Below are positions 55,017 to 64,000 of a DNA stretch of 64,000 nucleotides, in pieces. The position numbers were made by a program, and so were the translations under genes. The stretch is from Ignavibacteria bacterium. Its GTDB lineage: Bacteria; Bacteroidota; Ignavibacteria; UBA10030; UBA6906. The notes beneath the pieces were generated by a model. That model made no database searches, was not told the DNA's origin, and was given only the letters and a program-made list of their open reading frames with translations. The stretch lies in assembly GCA_040290295.1 (NCBI GenBank), contig PSMW01000012.1, forward strand, positions 37,519 through 101,518, in the 5' to 3' direction. Within the stretch, counting starts at the first letter, position 1, and the number at the start of each line of letters is the position of its first letter.

Positions 55017-55631
55017 TTACTCATGAGAAGATGAAGCGCGCGAGGAAAAGTCCTGATGCGTCATGCCATAGTACACAAGATCGACAAGCGTCTTCCCATC
55101 CGCACGGACGGCATCGCTGCGCAGCACACCTTCACGCAGAAAGCCGCATCGCTCGGCAACCCGCTGGCTGCGGACGTTTTCCACGGCACACCGAATTTGA
55201 AGTTTATGTATGTGCAGCGCATCGAAAGCAAGGTGCACCAACGCACGGACTGCTTCGGTTGCAAGTCCCTTCCCTTCAGCCTCCTTCGTCAGGAAGTAAC
55301 TGAGGTCTGCTTTCGGTATCGTCCAGACGATTTCTTTGATCCCCACCTCCCCCACGTACGTGGGCGAAACTTTTGTCCATAGGGAGAAATACACCGCCGT
55401 ACGCGCGCGCCACTGGCGCATGGTGTAAAAGAAGAAGGTTTCCACTTCCGCTTCCGTGACCAACGATGCCCGCGAGGGAAAATCGTCGCGCAAGCGGTCT
55501 CGTTCCTTTCTGAAAATTTCCGTCAATACCGAGGCATCGGGAAGCTGGTAGGTGCGCATGAGGAGGCGTGGCGTTTCGATCTGATGCGGGATCGCAATGC
55601 TGAGAATGTCTCGACCTGCAGAGGCGTTCAT
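55017..55631 (-). CDS. GNAT-family N-acetyltransferase (RimJ/RimL-like)
   Basis: From ATG 55631 (ATGA overlap with the upstream stop): IETPRLLMRTY..., EAEGKGLATEAVRALVHLAFD, ENVRSQRVAERCGFLREG. Confidence 0.8.
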   Translation of the reverse strand: MNASAGRDILSIAIPHQIETPRLLMRTYQLPDASVLTEIFRKERDRLRDDFPSRASLVTEAEVETFFFYTMRQWRARTAVYFSLWTKVSPTYVGEVGIKEIVWTIPKADLSYFLTKEAEGKGLATEAVRALVHLAFDALHIHKLQIRCAVENVRSQRVAERCGFLREGVLRSDAVRADGKTLVDLVYYGMTHQDFSSRASSSHE

Positions 55632-56848
55632 AGCTTCTTCCTCGTCGTCGTGATATCTGCTATCAGTGGGGCAGCCATCAGAAGCAAAAGAGGAATGATC
55701 GGCATAGAATACCGCGCCCATCCGACGATGAAAGCGTGCACGAAAACGTAATAGACTGTGAACCCCACTACCGGCATGAGGAGATGATGCTTCTTACCAT
55801 GTCGAATGTAGCTCAAACAGGCGAGAATGACCAACACCCACTGCAGTGCACCGACGAAAGCCGACTTCAGCGGTGATTCGCTGAGCGACCAGAAGAGAAA
55901 AAAATTCGCCAGAACTCGGCGGACAAAGAACACGGGATCGCTCCAGAACCGCTCCAGTGACGTGCGCGCTAAGAGCCTATCTCCCTCGACACTTCGGAAC
56001 GACGTGCGACCATGCAGGAGCGAATCTGCCCGCTCCTGGCCCTTCCGCCAAAAATCAAGATTGCAGCACCACTGCAGGGGCCACCCTTCGCCGATCACGT
56101 CCCCTTGGATAAGGTTGTAACCGAGCGTTGTGTGAACGGGCAGCACAACACCGCCAACGCGCTCGTTCCGCCACAACCACGGTGCGAGGATGAAGCAACC
56201 GACGGCAAGCACGACAACACCGTGCCGCACGCCTTCCCATCGATGCGTTTTGACCAGCATCGCGAGGAGCACGAATGGAAAGAGGAGGAAGACTGACTTC
56301 GTCAGCGTACCGACCCCCAACGTTGCGCCTGTCAGTGCTGAACACACCAGTGTTGGTCGCTCGAAAAGCGAAACAACCATCAGCGCCGAAAGGACAACGA
56401 TGAAGGCAAGCGTCGTTTCGACCCAAATGCGTCCGGTGTACCACAGGAGGATAGGATGGACGGCACAAATCGCCTGCGCGCGGAGTGCCGTAGGACGATC
56501 GTACAAGCGCGAGCCAATGGTGTACACCAGCAGTGTCGTTGCGGCGTGCAGCATCCCTTGAAAGATTTGTACAGCAGCGGCAGAAAATCCGCCGGCAACG
56601 AGAAAAAGCAGCGCGACGAGATAGGGATACACGGGACCGCGATCGAGCGCCGGCGGTTCGTCGCCACTATAGCGCAGCCCGACACCTGATGCGATGTTGA
56701 GAGCCAATATGCCATAGCGATCAGGGTCGAGACCCGTCGTGCTTCCTTCAGGCATGCGGGGCAGGACGACGAACGACGTCACCACGCTCAGTATGACGCC
56801 GAGGAGTGCAACGCCGAGAGCCGAGTTCCTGAAGCGGCGATTCATCAT
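55628..56848 (-). CDS. GT-C fold membrane glycosyltransferase (ArnT/PMT_2, GT39/83-like)
   Basis: 406 aa, at least 10 TM helices. The first periplasmic loop has DPDRYGILALNIA..., and PVYPYLVAL resembles the PMT_2 family pattern. The acceptor is unknown. Confidence 0.55.
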   Translation of the reverse strand: MMNRRFRNSALGVALLGVILSVVTSFVVLPRMPEGSTTGLDPDRYGILALNIASGVGLRYSGDEPPALDRGPVYPYLVALLFLVAGGFSAAAVQIFQGMLHAATTLLVYTIGSRLYDRPTALRAQAICAVHPILLWYTGRIWVETTLAFIVVLSALMVVSLFERPTLVCSALTGATLGVGTLTKSVFLLFPFVLLAMLVKTHRWEGVRHGVVVLAVGCFILAPWLWRNERVGGVVLPVHTTLGYNLIQGDVIGEGWPLQWCCNLDFWRKGQERADSLLHGRTSFRSVEGDRLLARTSLERFWSDPVFFVRRVLANFFLFWSLSESPLKSAFVGALQWVLVILACLSYIRHGKKHHLLMPVVGFTVYYVFVHAFIVGWARYSMPIIPLLLLMAAPLIADITTTRKKL

Positions 56849-56857
56849 CAGGATGTG

Positions 56858-57154
56858 TTAGGATCGAGAAGCATTCACGTCGTTCTCCCGCATGGCTTTG
56901 CGTTCCTGACGAAACAATGTGACGCGCAGGACGATGCGCGACAGGAAGAGCAAAAGCGCAAGAACGAAAAAGGGAACGGCAAACGAGTCCGGCACGATAC
57001 GGAACCATAGCAGCACCAACATCGCCATCATGATGGTGATGCTGATGTAACCGAGATTGTTGACGGTTCTTTGGTCGAGCCTCACGAGGCACTCACAGAA
57101 TATTGGGAATAACAAACCAACGAGAGAAAGAAGAACGAATGAGCCAAGAGGCAC
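56858..57154 (-). CDS. Small hypothetical membrane protein (3 TM)
   Basis: 98 aa and hydrophobic, immediately upstream of and co-oriented with the GT-C gene. No motif recognised. Confidence 0.4.
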   Translation of the reverse strand: MPLGSFVLLSLVGLLFPIFCECLVRLDQRTVNNLGYISITIMMAMLVLLWFRIVPDSFAVPFFVLALLLFLSRIVLRVTLFRQERKAMRENDVNASRS

Positions 57155-57184
57155 ATGAACAATTCAGCATCACAGAGGAACACG

Positions 57185-58303
57185 CTACGACAGTACGCTC
57201 TCGATCACGCCACCGCCGACAATATCATCTCCCTCATAAAAAACTACCGATTGGCCCGGTGTGATCGCCCGCCGCCTTTCGTCGAAGACCACACGCACGC
57301 GTCCCTCACCCACATCCACGATGGTCGCCATGGCTCCATCATCCTTGTAGCGAATCTTGGCATGCACACGTCGTGGGGTGGAGCAATCCGGGTACTTCTG
57401 CATGTTCACGTTCGCAGCAATCAACTCGCGGTAGTAGAGCTTCTCTTCCGTCCCGACAATCAGTCGATTCGCGTACGGATCGATCGCGGTGACGTACAGC
57501 GGTTCGGGACGAGCGATACCCAGACCTTTTCGCTGACCGACGGTGTAGAAAGGAAAACCGCGATGCCTGCCAACGACTTCCCCGTCCAAGACAATCTCAC
57601 CACTGTGGACGTGTGACTCCAACTCCGGGACACGTTCCTTCAAAAACCGCTCGTAGTTGTTATCGGGAATGAAGCAGATCTCGTAGCTCTCCGGCTTTTG
57701 CATGTTCGGCAAGCCATACTTCTCTCCGAGTGCTCGTGCCTCCGGCTTCGTCAACTCAGCAAGCGGAAAGAGCGTCTTCCGTAACGACGCCTGTGTCAAG
57801 CCCCAGAGTGCATACGACTGATCCTTCGCACCATCCCTCCCGCGTGCAATGTAGTAGCGCCCGGTCGTTTCGTCACGGTGGATGCGAGCATAGTGACCCG
57901 TTGCGATGTACTCGGCGCCGAGGGCGTCCGCCTTCCGCAGCAATTCCTCCCACTTGATCTTCCGATTGCAAACGACGCACGGATTCGGCGTGCGGCCGCG
58001 AAGGTACTCTTCGACGAAGTTGTCGATCACCTCCACGCCGAATCGTTCGCTGAAATCCACAACGTAATGCGGAAAGCCCAAACGTGCGGCAACAGACCGT
58101 GCATCGTTGATACCGTCCAGCGAGCAGCAACTGCTTTCGTTGCCGGTGTTACCGCCGACGTCTTCGTACTTGTAGGTTTTGATGGTGATGCCGATCAGCT
58201 CGAAGCCTTGCTCAGCCAGGATCGCCGCCGCAACGGAGGAATCGACGCCGCCGCTCATCGCCACCACAACACGCTGCTTTTTCACTCTCTCCTCAAACAA
58301 CAA
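57185..58303 (-). CDS. mnmA: tRNA-specific 2-thiouridylase
   Basis: VVVAMSGGVDSSVAA (PP-loop), TPNPCVVCNRKIKW, ATGHYAR. Confidence 0.95.
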   Translation of the reverse strand: MLFEERVKKQRVVVAMSGGVDSSVAAAILAEQGFELIGITIKTYKYEDVGGNTGNESSCCSLDGINDARSVAARLGFPHYVVDFSERFGVEVIDNFVEEYLRGRTPNPCVVCNRKIKWEELLRKADALGAEYIATGHYARIHRDETTGRYYIARGRDGAKDQSYALWGLTQASLRKTLFPLAELTKPEARALGEKYGLPNMQKPESYEICFIPDNNYERFLKERVPELESHVHSGEIVLDGEVVGRHRGFPFYTVGQRKGLGIARPEPLYVTAIDPYANRLIVGTEEKLYYRELIAANVNMQKYPDCSTPRRVHAKIRYKDDGAMATIVDVGEGRVRVVFDERRRAITPGQSVVFYEGDDIVGGGVIESVLS

Positions 58304-58460
58304 TCATACGTTCATGTGCTTAGAAGATATGGAAATGGAGAGCGCCAAACAACGTTGGGCGGCCCACGAAGCAGAACGACGAGAAGATGTGCGCGGAGCA
58401 AAAAGAATTCGTCGCGCCGTGCCGATAACCTCTGTGAGACAATCAATCGAGGATCGCACG

Positions 58461-58925
58461 ATGAACCTGCTTGTTGTTGATGACGATTCCGTCATGCGGA
58501 TGTTGCTGAGAACGTTGCTGACAGCAGAAGGTTACAGCGTCGTAACAGCTTCCGATGGACAAGATGCTTTGCTGAAACTTACCGAGACGCCCTTCGACAT
58601 GGTCATCACCGATATCTACATGCCGCGCATGGACGGCGTGCGGTTGCGCGACACGCTGCGCGAGCAGCAATGGGCAACGCTACCGGTGCTGTTCATCTCG
58701 GGATACGATGACGAGCGCACAACCAACTCGGTGCGTGATCGGACGTTGGAAGGGTTCTTTCGGAAAGGACGGCCGCTTTCGGAGTTGCTCCAGTGGGTGA
58801 AGTATTTGAGGACGCCCGTTGCACAACGACCTAGCATAGCACCGGACGGTGCGACAAACCACAAAGTGAAGCCGCCTGTGGTTCATCGCAACCAGCACAG
58901 CGGGGCACAACCGCCGGCATTGTAA
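58461..58925 (+). CDS. Single-domain response regulator with Pro-rich C-terminal tail
   Basis: From ATG 58461: MNLLVVDDDSVMRMLL...FDMVITDIYMPRMDG...VLFISGY...FFRKG. The track ORF start (58179) lies inside mnmA on the opposite strand. Confidence 0.85.
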   Translation: MNLLVVDDDSVMRMLLRTLLTAEGYSVVTASDGQDALLKLTETPFDMVITDIYMPRMDGVRLRDTLREQQWATLPVLFISGYDDERTTNSVRDRTLEGFFRKGRPLSELLQWVKYLRTPVAQRPSIAPDGATNHKVKPPVVHRNQHSGAQPPAL

Positions 58926-58943
58926 CCATCTCCTCCGCGCATC

Positions 58944-58977
58944 GCTCCTGCTGATCATCCCCTGACTCAGCAGGAGC
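58944..58977 (+). terminator. Hairpin downstream of the response-regulator gene (possible terminator)
   Basis: An 11-bp perfect stem GCTCCTGCTGA / TCAGCAGGAGC with a 12-nt loop, 18 nt after the stop. No T-tract follows. Confidence 0.35.
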
Positions 58978-59024
58978 GCACGCGCGAGATGCGGTCTCGA
59001 CACTCTACAAGAACCCACAAACAT

Positions 59025-59056
59025 AAAAAGAGAGGCGCTCTCACCGAACGCCCCTC
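59025..59056 (-). terminator. Intrinsic terminator after the lipoprotein/kinase unit
   Basis: The minus strand has GAGGGGCG...CGCCTCTC (8-bp stem including one G-U, 11-nt loop) followed by TTTTTAT. It lies 24 nt after the lipoprotein stop. Confidence 0.5.
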
Positions 59057-59080
59057 GTTCCACGGGTGTGGGACCCGTTC

Positions 59081-59803
59081 TCAGCGTTTTGCTCGTCGTT
59101 GTAGTGCCCGCAGATCAATTTCTCGAATCTTCCGCAGTTGTTCCTGCTGTTCCTGTGCGCGACGCGCCTGCTGCACGTCTGCAGCTTCAGCAAATTTTTG
59201 CAGTGCGGGATTCGCTGCCAGGATCGAATCGCGTCGAGCAACGTCTGCATTCTTCTGCAGCTCCAACAAAATCTGTAAGTCGTTGTCAGTCTGTTGGAGG
59301 TCGGCTGTGAGTTCGGCAATCTTCTTCGACTGCGCGTTGAGTTCCGCCGCCTGAATGCGCGCAAGAGACGAAAGGCTGTCGATGGCGCGCTGACGTCGCG
59401 CTTCCGTTGCGTTGAACTGCATCCGCTCTCGTATCATCGATGCAACGATGACCGACCGAGCGCGCTCCCCCCGTGAAAGCGAGGGTATTTCCAGGTGCTT
59501 CGTGAAGTAGTACAACGCAATGCTGTCGTTCCCGGCAGGATTGAACGGATTGATGTAGAGCAATCCCAAATTCCTGATTGCGGTGGCATAGTGTTCGGTG
59601 CCAGTGAACAGATCGGCCACCATCTTGTACACCAAGGCAGCGCCCGAATACGCTCCAGCCGTCTCCAAACTGTCGGCAAAGGCGAAGTGATATTCCGCCT
59701 TCGCATCTCGTTCGTTCTGTACAGGATTATCCATCCTGGTGTTTGTCGAGGCACACCCCGTGAGCAAAACGAACACGAGTGCGCAATGCACCGTCTTCAC
59801 CAT
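59081..59803 (-). CDS. Lipoprotein with helical-repeat N-half and coiled-coil C-half
   Basis: MVKTVHCALVFVLLTGC lipobox. The C-terminal ~110 aa is heptad-like and Q/A/E/R-rich (AELNAQSKKIAELTADLQQTDNDLQILLELQ...). It lies 12 nt downstream of the kinase gene. Confidence 0.5.
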   Translation of the reverse strand: MVKTVHCALVFVLLTGCASTNTRMDNPVQNERDAKAEYHFAFADSLETAGAYSGAALVYKMVADLFTGTEHYATAIRNLGLLYINPFNPAGNDSIALYYFTKHLEIPSLSRGERARSVIVASMIRERMQFNATEARRQRAIDSLSSLARIQAAELNAQSKKIAELTADLQQTDNDLQILLELQKNADVARRDSILAANPALQKFAEAADVQQARRAQEQQEQLRKIREIDLRALQRRAKR

Positions 59804-59815
59804 AAGGTCCTCCGC

Positions 59816-61303
59816 TCAATTGACGGATTGTTGAATCGATGCGGCGAAATCCGGAAGCAGTTGTTCTTTCACCGCGGGTAATTCGACCGTGAACGTCGTA
59901 CCCGAACCGACCGTGCTCTCCGCGAAGACACGACCGCCGTGGGCTTCGACCAAAGCTTTCACCAACGCCAATCCGACGCCCGTTCCCCGCGTGCTCGCCT
60001 TGTCGCGATTCTTGGCTTGATAGAATTTCGTGAACACGTTCGGCAAGTCCTCGGGTGCAATGCCGACGCCGGAATCTGTGACGGACACTCTGACGCCGAA
60101 TTTTGATGGAGCGATATCGATGCGGATACGGCCGCTCTCCGGCGTGTACTTGATGGCATTGCTGAGGAGGTTGCTGAAGACGTGCGGAAGCTTCTCGGCA
60201 TCACCTTTAACTTTGGGAATGGGAACACTGTTGATCGTCAGCGCGATATTCTTGCGCAGGGCGATGAGCTTTGCCTCTTCGATAACAGGAGCGAGCACTG
60301 CCAACAGGTCCGTCGGCGCGAAGCTGTACTTCATCGCACCGGATTCGATCTTCGAGATGTCGAGAAATTGATGGCTGAACGTGGTAATCTTGTTGATGCC
60401 TTCACGCACGAATTCTGCCAAGCGGGCTTGCTCCGTGTTGAGAGACCCATACCGTTGGTCCATCATCAAATTCAACGCCGAGGTCATCGCTTGCAAGGGC
60501 GTTCGCAATTCGTGCGAGATGTGATGCATCATCTCTGTTCGCATGCGCTCGATCGATTCCAGCTTTGCGGTCATCTCGTTGATGGCTCGCGCCAACAGCG
60601 ACATCTCGTCCTGCGTCTTCACCTCGATGGGTGTGAATTTTCCCTCTGCAATTTGATCGGTCCCTTGAATCAAAACGCTGATGGGTTTGGTGAGCGTGCG
60701 CGTAATGACCACTGCCGCCGTCAAGGCGATCAAGAATGTGATCGCGGTAAGAATGTACGCCACGTTCGCCGACTTCGTCATGCGGTGGCTCGCCTCCGCC
60801 ATCGAGCGCCGAATTGCTTCTTCGCTTTCGGAAATGTATTGGCGCAAATCGGCGTGAAGAGCATCGAGCGTATCGCTCCGCGCATTTTCATCGAACGCAC
60901 CATCATTGGTACGGCCGATACCGTGTGTGGCTCGGCGAACAGCATCCGCAAACCAGGCATGCCGTTCACGAATCCTGTTGACCAACAATCGATCAGCGTC
61001 CGAAAGGTTTGTTGAAGCTAACGAATCGGCAACGTCGTTGAACACTTTGCTCTGGCCTTCGAAGACCTTGTAGTATTCCGCGTCCTGCAAGACCGCCGCC
61101 TTTTGTGCATAGGGTTCTTCCTCGAACAGGATGGCTTGCATTTGTTTAGCAAGATCGAGGCCGCGGAAGTCGTACGCGTACGTTTGCGTCGTCGTCGTCG
61201 TCACCTTCTGCATCTGCCGCAGGACGTAGAGGTTTGTCGCAATCATCAGAACGATGATGATGCCGAACCCGACCAGCATCTTTCGTTTGATCGTAAATTT
61301 CAT
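59816..61303 (-). CDS. Sensor histidine kinase (periplasmic/4-helix sensor, HAMP, HisKA, HATPase_c)
   Basis: From ATG 61303. Two TM helices flank a sensor region of about 165 aa. HAMP (TKPISVLIQGTDQIAEGKF), H-box HISHELRTPLQAM, N-box LSNAIKYT, G-boxes DSGVGI and GTGVGLALV. Confidence 0.9.
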   Translation of the reverse strand: MKFTIKRKMLVGFGIIIVLMIATNLYVLRQMQKVTTTTTQTYAYDFRGLDLAKQMQAILFEEEPYAQKAAVLQDAEYYKVFEGQSKVFNDVADSLASTNLSDADRLLVNRIRERHAWFADAVRRATHGIGRTNDGAFDENARSDTLDALHADLRQYISESEEAIRRSMAEASHRMTKSANVAYILTAITFLIALTAAVVITRTLTKPISVLIQGTDQIAEGKFTPIEVKTQDEMSLLARAINEMTAKLESIERMRTEMMHHISHELRTPLQAMTSALNLMMDQRYGSLNTEQARLAEFVREGINKITTFSHQFLDISKIESGAMKYSFAPTDLLAVLAPVIEEAKLIALRKNIALTINSVPIPKVKGDAEKLPHVFSNLLSNAIKYTPESGRIRIDIAPSKFGVRVSVTDSGVGIAPEDLPNVFTKFYQAKNRDKASTRGTGVGLALVKALVEAHGGRVFAESTVGSGTTFTVELPAVKEQLLPDFAASIQQSVN

Positions 61304-61575
61304 AAAGGCAGCTCCTCTCTGTCGAAGGACCACTCCCGCTCGGCTTCCTGCAACGTGCTACGCAAATTTAGGTAGAGCGCTCGTGATAAGCAAGAACATG
61401 GGTCATCACCCTGCCTCCTTTCGCCCCATGACAACTGATCGGTACGCCGAAACACGTAGAATCGAGGCATAATTCATCGGTTCGCGTACATGCCCTCGGG
61501 CGATGGGTCGTCCTTCGAGACCGACGTTACACTCTGCCGAGCACCAGCGCCGCGCCGCATCGGTCGATGCCGATT

Positions 61576-62613
61576 TTACCGCACGATGTGTTCACTGGCG
61601 TACCACTCCGCCGGATAGAAGAAGACGTTGTTCCTTCCCGCGCGTTGCGCTTCGAACAACGCATGCTTGGCAGTCAGCAACAAATCCTGTGTTGTCTGAC
61701 CGTTCCAAGGATGAGCAGCAACGCCGATGCTGACCGTCGTCTTCACCAAGTTGTTGACAAACACCGCATCCTGCACGGTGCGACAGAATCGTTGCGCGAA
61801 GAACACTGCCTGCTCGAGATCGGTCTTGACCAGCATCGCAATGAACTCGTCGAAACCATATCGCCCGCAAGCATCGATGCTGCGCAGTTCGGCACGCAAC
61901 AGCTTGCCTAACTCCTTCAGGAACTGCACGGCGCGCTCGTACCCAAACGTTCCCAGAATCTCTTTGTAGTTATCTACATCCATCATCAACACGGCGAGCG
62001 GCTCGTTGAACGCCCGAGCACCGCTCAAGGCGGTCTCGAACTTTCGGACAAAGGCTGTGTACTTCTCCAACTCTGTATCGTGATCGATGGTATCGAGACG
62101 GAGATACTCGTCATGCAATCGGGTTTTGTTGATGGCGATACCGGCAAGGTCGGCGAACATCTGCAATCGTGGAACGTCCTCGCGCGTCAACGCCTGCGGC
62201 TGCGTGCAATCCACATGCAAGTAGCCGAGCGTCCGATGATCCACCCCGATCTGGACGCACACGCACGAGTCGAACGCGTGTTCCAATTGCACCTCTTCGG
62301 CAAGCATCGGCTCGCGCGTGCGCTCGGCAATGAGGAATGGCCTTCCCGTCCACAGCACTTCACCGATTGCGCCGACGGCGAATTTTTTGCGGAACGACTT
62401 GCAGAACGTATGCGAAACTCCGATGCTGTTCTCGACATGCAAGTACTCCGTCGAGGGGTCGATGAGAATGACTGCACACGTCTGCGCTTGGTATAATCGG
62501 ACAATGCGGTCAACGACCAAATGCACTGCCTGTTCGTACTGATTGCTCGTCTTGATGGTACGAACGATTTCCGCGATGTAGTCCCACAGTTTGGTTTGGG
62601 TTGAGGGTTCCAT
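61576..62613 (-). CDS. GAF domain plus degenerate GGDEF domain protein (GFDEF active-site variant, I-site RxxD retained)
   Basis: The N-terminal GAF-like region is ...AVILIDPSTEYLHVENSIG...GYLHVD. The GGDEF domain reads LAVLMMDVDNYKEILGTFGY...LRSIDACGRYGFDEFIAML...SIGVAA...AKHALFEAQRAGRN. The signature is GFDEF instead of GG(D/E)EF, and RSID lies 5 residues upstream. Confidence 0.8.
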   Translation of the reverse strand: MEPSTQTKLWDYIAEIVRTIKTSNQYEQAVHLVVDRIVRLYQAQTCAVILIDPSTEYLHVENSIGVSHTFCKSFRKKFAVGAIGEVLWTGRPFLIAERTREPMLAEEVQLEHAFDSCVCVQIGVDHRTLGYLHVDCTQPQALTREDVPRLQMFADLAGIAINKTRLHDEYLRLDTIDHDTELEKYTAFVRKFETALSGARAFNEPLAVLMMDVDNYKEILGTFGYERAVQFLKELGKLLRAELRSIDACGRYGFDEFIAMLVKTDLEQAVFFAQRFCRTVQDAVFVNNLVKTTVSIGVAAHPWNGQTTQDLLLTAKHALFEAQRAGRNNVFFYPAEWYASEHIVR

Positions 62614-62804
62614 ACGCTCATCTCCTTTCGGATCTGTTCACTACCGCAATGACAAACGGCGTTACCCGACGGTACTCCGGGAGCAACGTCGTGTGCCAAA
62701 CAACGGCTCAATTTCACAGGAATGCGATGAGTACTTCTTCCGTCGGTAATATACTCCGCTTTCGAGCAGGTGTCAATACGGAAACATTGAACACCAACGC
62801 GTCG

Positions 62805-63284
62805 CTACGGCAGAAACCTCTCACGATGTTGCGGCGACGGGATCGGGCACGCTTCGTACGGATACTGCCCGAACCAACGATACCGGTGTCGTGCGATCCA
62901 TCCGTACACACAGTCACGCAACGATCGCGGCACCACTTTCAGCATCGCCAACGGCTTCCACCAGCCGCCGAGCAGACGGAAAATCTCCAGAAACGCATCC
63001 GACTTGTCGCGGACAGTTTCCTCCGGCGTGCCGAGATGAGATACGAGGATCACGCTCACGTCTCTTCGCTCCCACATTGCTTTGAGCGATCGCGCGGTCT
63101 CCCCTTGCAGCGATGCGAACATTAACATCCCCCGATGATCGATCCGCAGCAAGAAGCGGACTGCACCGTTGCATAGCGCGCATCGCCCATCATACAAGAC
63201 AAGGTGCATCACGTATCGCTTGGTGGGAAGTGCATCGTTGCCGCGCCCTAAGCGCGTTCCGGATGTTTCTTGCTGTGCCGTCAT
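62805..63284 (-). CDS. Thiol-disulfide oxidoreductase DCC family (DUF393)
   Basis: LVLYDGRCALCNGAVRFLLRIDHRG.LMFASLQGE shows the CxxC DCC motif. ATG 63284 overlaps the peptidase stop (ATGA). An alternative ATG is at 63209. Confidence 0.8.
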   Translation of the reverse strand: MTAQQETSGTRLGRGNDALPTKRYVMHLVLYDGRCALCNGAVRFLLRIDHRGMLMFASLQGETARSLKAMWERRDVSVILVSHLGTPEETVRDKSDAFLEIFRLLGGWWKPLAMLKVVPRSLRDCVYGWIARHRYRWFGQYPYEACPIPSPQHRERFLP

Positions 63285-64000
63285 TGCAACAAGTGTTCTT
63301 TCATAAACATCACGGTCGCGTAAAACTGAAAGTCTTGATTCTTCTTCTTCGCGAAGCCATGCCCTTCATCTTTCGCCATGAGAAACCAAACAGGGACGGC
63401 GTTCCGCTTCAACGTCGCAACCATCTGTTCTGCTTCGCTCGCCGGTACCCGCGGATCGTTCAAGCCTTGCACAATCATCATGGGCTTGGTGATCCGATTG
63501 GCGTTTGTCAGGGGAGCGATCCGCATGAGAAACGCACGCATCGTCGAGTCGCGTTCGTCTCCATACTCCACTCGTCGTAAATCTCGGCGGTACGCTTCCG
63601 TTCGTTCCAAAAACGTTACAAGGTTCGACATGCCGACAATGGGAAGTGCACACCGGATCTTTGAAGAAAAGAAAGCAGCCACAGCGAACGTCATGTGCCC
63701 GCCATAGCTTCCACCGGTCACCATAATGCGATCACCGTCAAGGTCGGGCTGCTGTTTGATCCAATCCAACAATGCATCGATATCCTTGTACGCGTTCTCA
63801 CGCTTGAAGCCGTTATCGAATTTCAAGAAGGTCTTTCCGTACCCTGACGAGCCGCGAATGTTCGAGAAGATATGAACAACACCCAATTCATTGATGAAGT
63901 ACTTCGTTCTACCCAAAAACGACGGTCGGAACTGCGCTTCGGGTCCGCCGTGGATATCGATAACGACGGGACGTTTACCCCTGAATGTTTTCGGCGGGCG
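63281..64000 (-). CDS. Prolyl oligopeptidase (S9) family serine peptidase, C-terminal catalytic domain (gene continues beyond the right edge)
   Basis: The frame is open to position 64000: ...RPVVIDIHGGPEAQFRPSF...GSSGYGKTF...IMVTGGSYGGHMT (GxSxGG nucleophile)...VQGLNDPRV...DEGHGF (Asp/His). The track ORF start at 63916 is an internal TTG. Confidence 0.85.
   Translation of the reverse strand, partial: RPPKTFRGKRPVVIDIHGGPEAQFRPSFLGRTKYFINELGVVHIFSNIRGSSGYGKTFLKFDNGFKRENAYKDIDALLDWIKQQPDLDGDRIMVTGGSYGGHMTFAVAAFFSSKIRCALPIVGMSNLVTFLERTEAYRRDLRRVEYGDERDSTMRAFLMRIAPLTNANRITKPMMIVQGLNDPRVPASEAEQMVATLKRNAVPVWFLMAKDEGHGFAKKKNQDFQFYATVMFMKEHLLQ

Noticed and set aside
1-64000. CRISPR arrays, IS elements, integrases, prophage or toxin-antitoxin modules, and rRNA genes
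   Set aside because: Reading both strands, I found no regularly spaced direct repeats, no transposase, integrase or recombinase-like translations, and no rRNA-like sequence. The only repeat-like signal is the 13-mer shared by tRNA-Pro and the upstream tRNA-like remnant, which is reported separately.

Overview
Gene-dense, moderately GC-rich chromosomal segment with about 65 CDS and one tRNA. I found no rRNA, CRISPR array, transposase, integrase or phage genes, so it reads as core genome rather than an accessory island. Several markers suggest an FCB-superphylum bacterium (Ignavibacteria/Chlorobi/Bacteroidetes-like): a T9SS-type C-terminal sorting domain, a PorV-like barrel, BshA, and adjacent folP-cdaA. 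Canonical sigma70 -35/-10 boxes and Shine-Dalgarno sites are also visible.

Gene order, left to right:
- mtaB-like (partial), rpsA, ispH, cmk
- SpoU methyltransferase
- relA/spoT-ruvX-mtgA-AlbA_2 operon
- der, a CoADR/Nox-like flavoprotein, upp
- an orphan response regulator and plsC, then tsaC
- a six-gene outer-membrane/T9SS-linked cluster
- an arginine block, argC-J-B-R-G-H, with divergent argD
- tRNA-Pro(CGG)
- a half-size TauE, then miaA-pcm-cdaA-folP
- a LON-domain gene plus a 33-aa basic ORF
- a Tat-signal Fe/Mn SOD plus a PuuD-N-like membrane protein
- a 10-gene Fe-S operon: iscR-iscS-X-sufBCDSU-sufT-sufA
- a BNR-propeller lipoprotein plus an ABC-2 transporter
- hbd-ackA, yigZ, bshA, a cupin, a GNAT, a GT-C glycosyltransferase, mnmA
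- a signalling cluster: response regulator, lipoprotein, HAMP histidine kinase, GAF plus degenerate GGDEF
- a DCC thiol oxidoreductase and a partial S9 peptidase

I see no clear-cut novel system. The observations most worth a second look are:
- an in-frame TAG that interrupts plsC, with a conserved-looking C-terminus continuing in the same frame
- the uncharacterised TonB-receptor/PorV-like/T9SS-cargo/lipoprotein cluster
- a palindrome holding two face-to-face TTGCAT-N17-TATAAT promoters and two ARG-box-like sites between argC and argD
- a truncated tRNA-like remnant upstream of tRNA-Pro
- an LPPL-repeat, Pro/Ala-rich protein embedded in the Fe-S operon
- a Tat-SOD paired with a stand-alone PuuD-N-like membrane protein
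- a GFDEF-type degenerate GGDEF protein with an intact I-site

All calls come from reading translations and motifs by eye. No database search was possible, and start codons are inferred.
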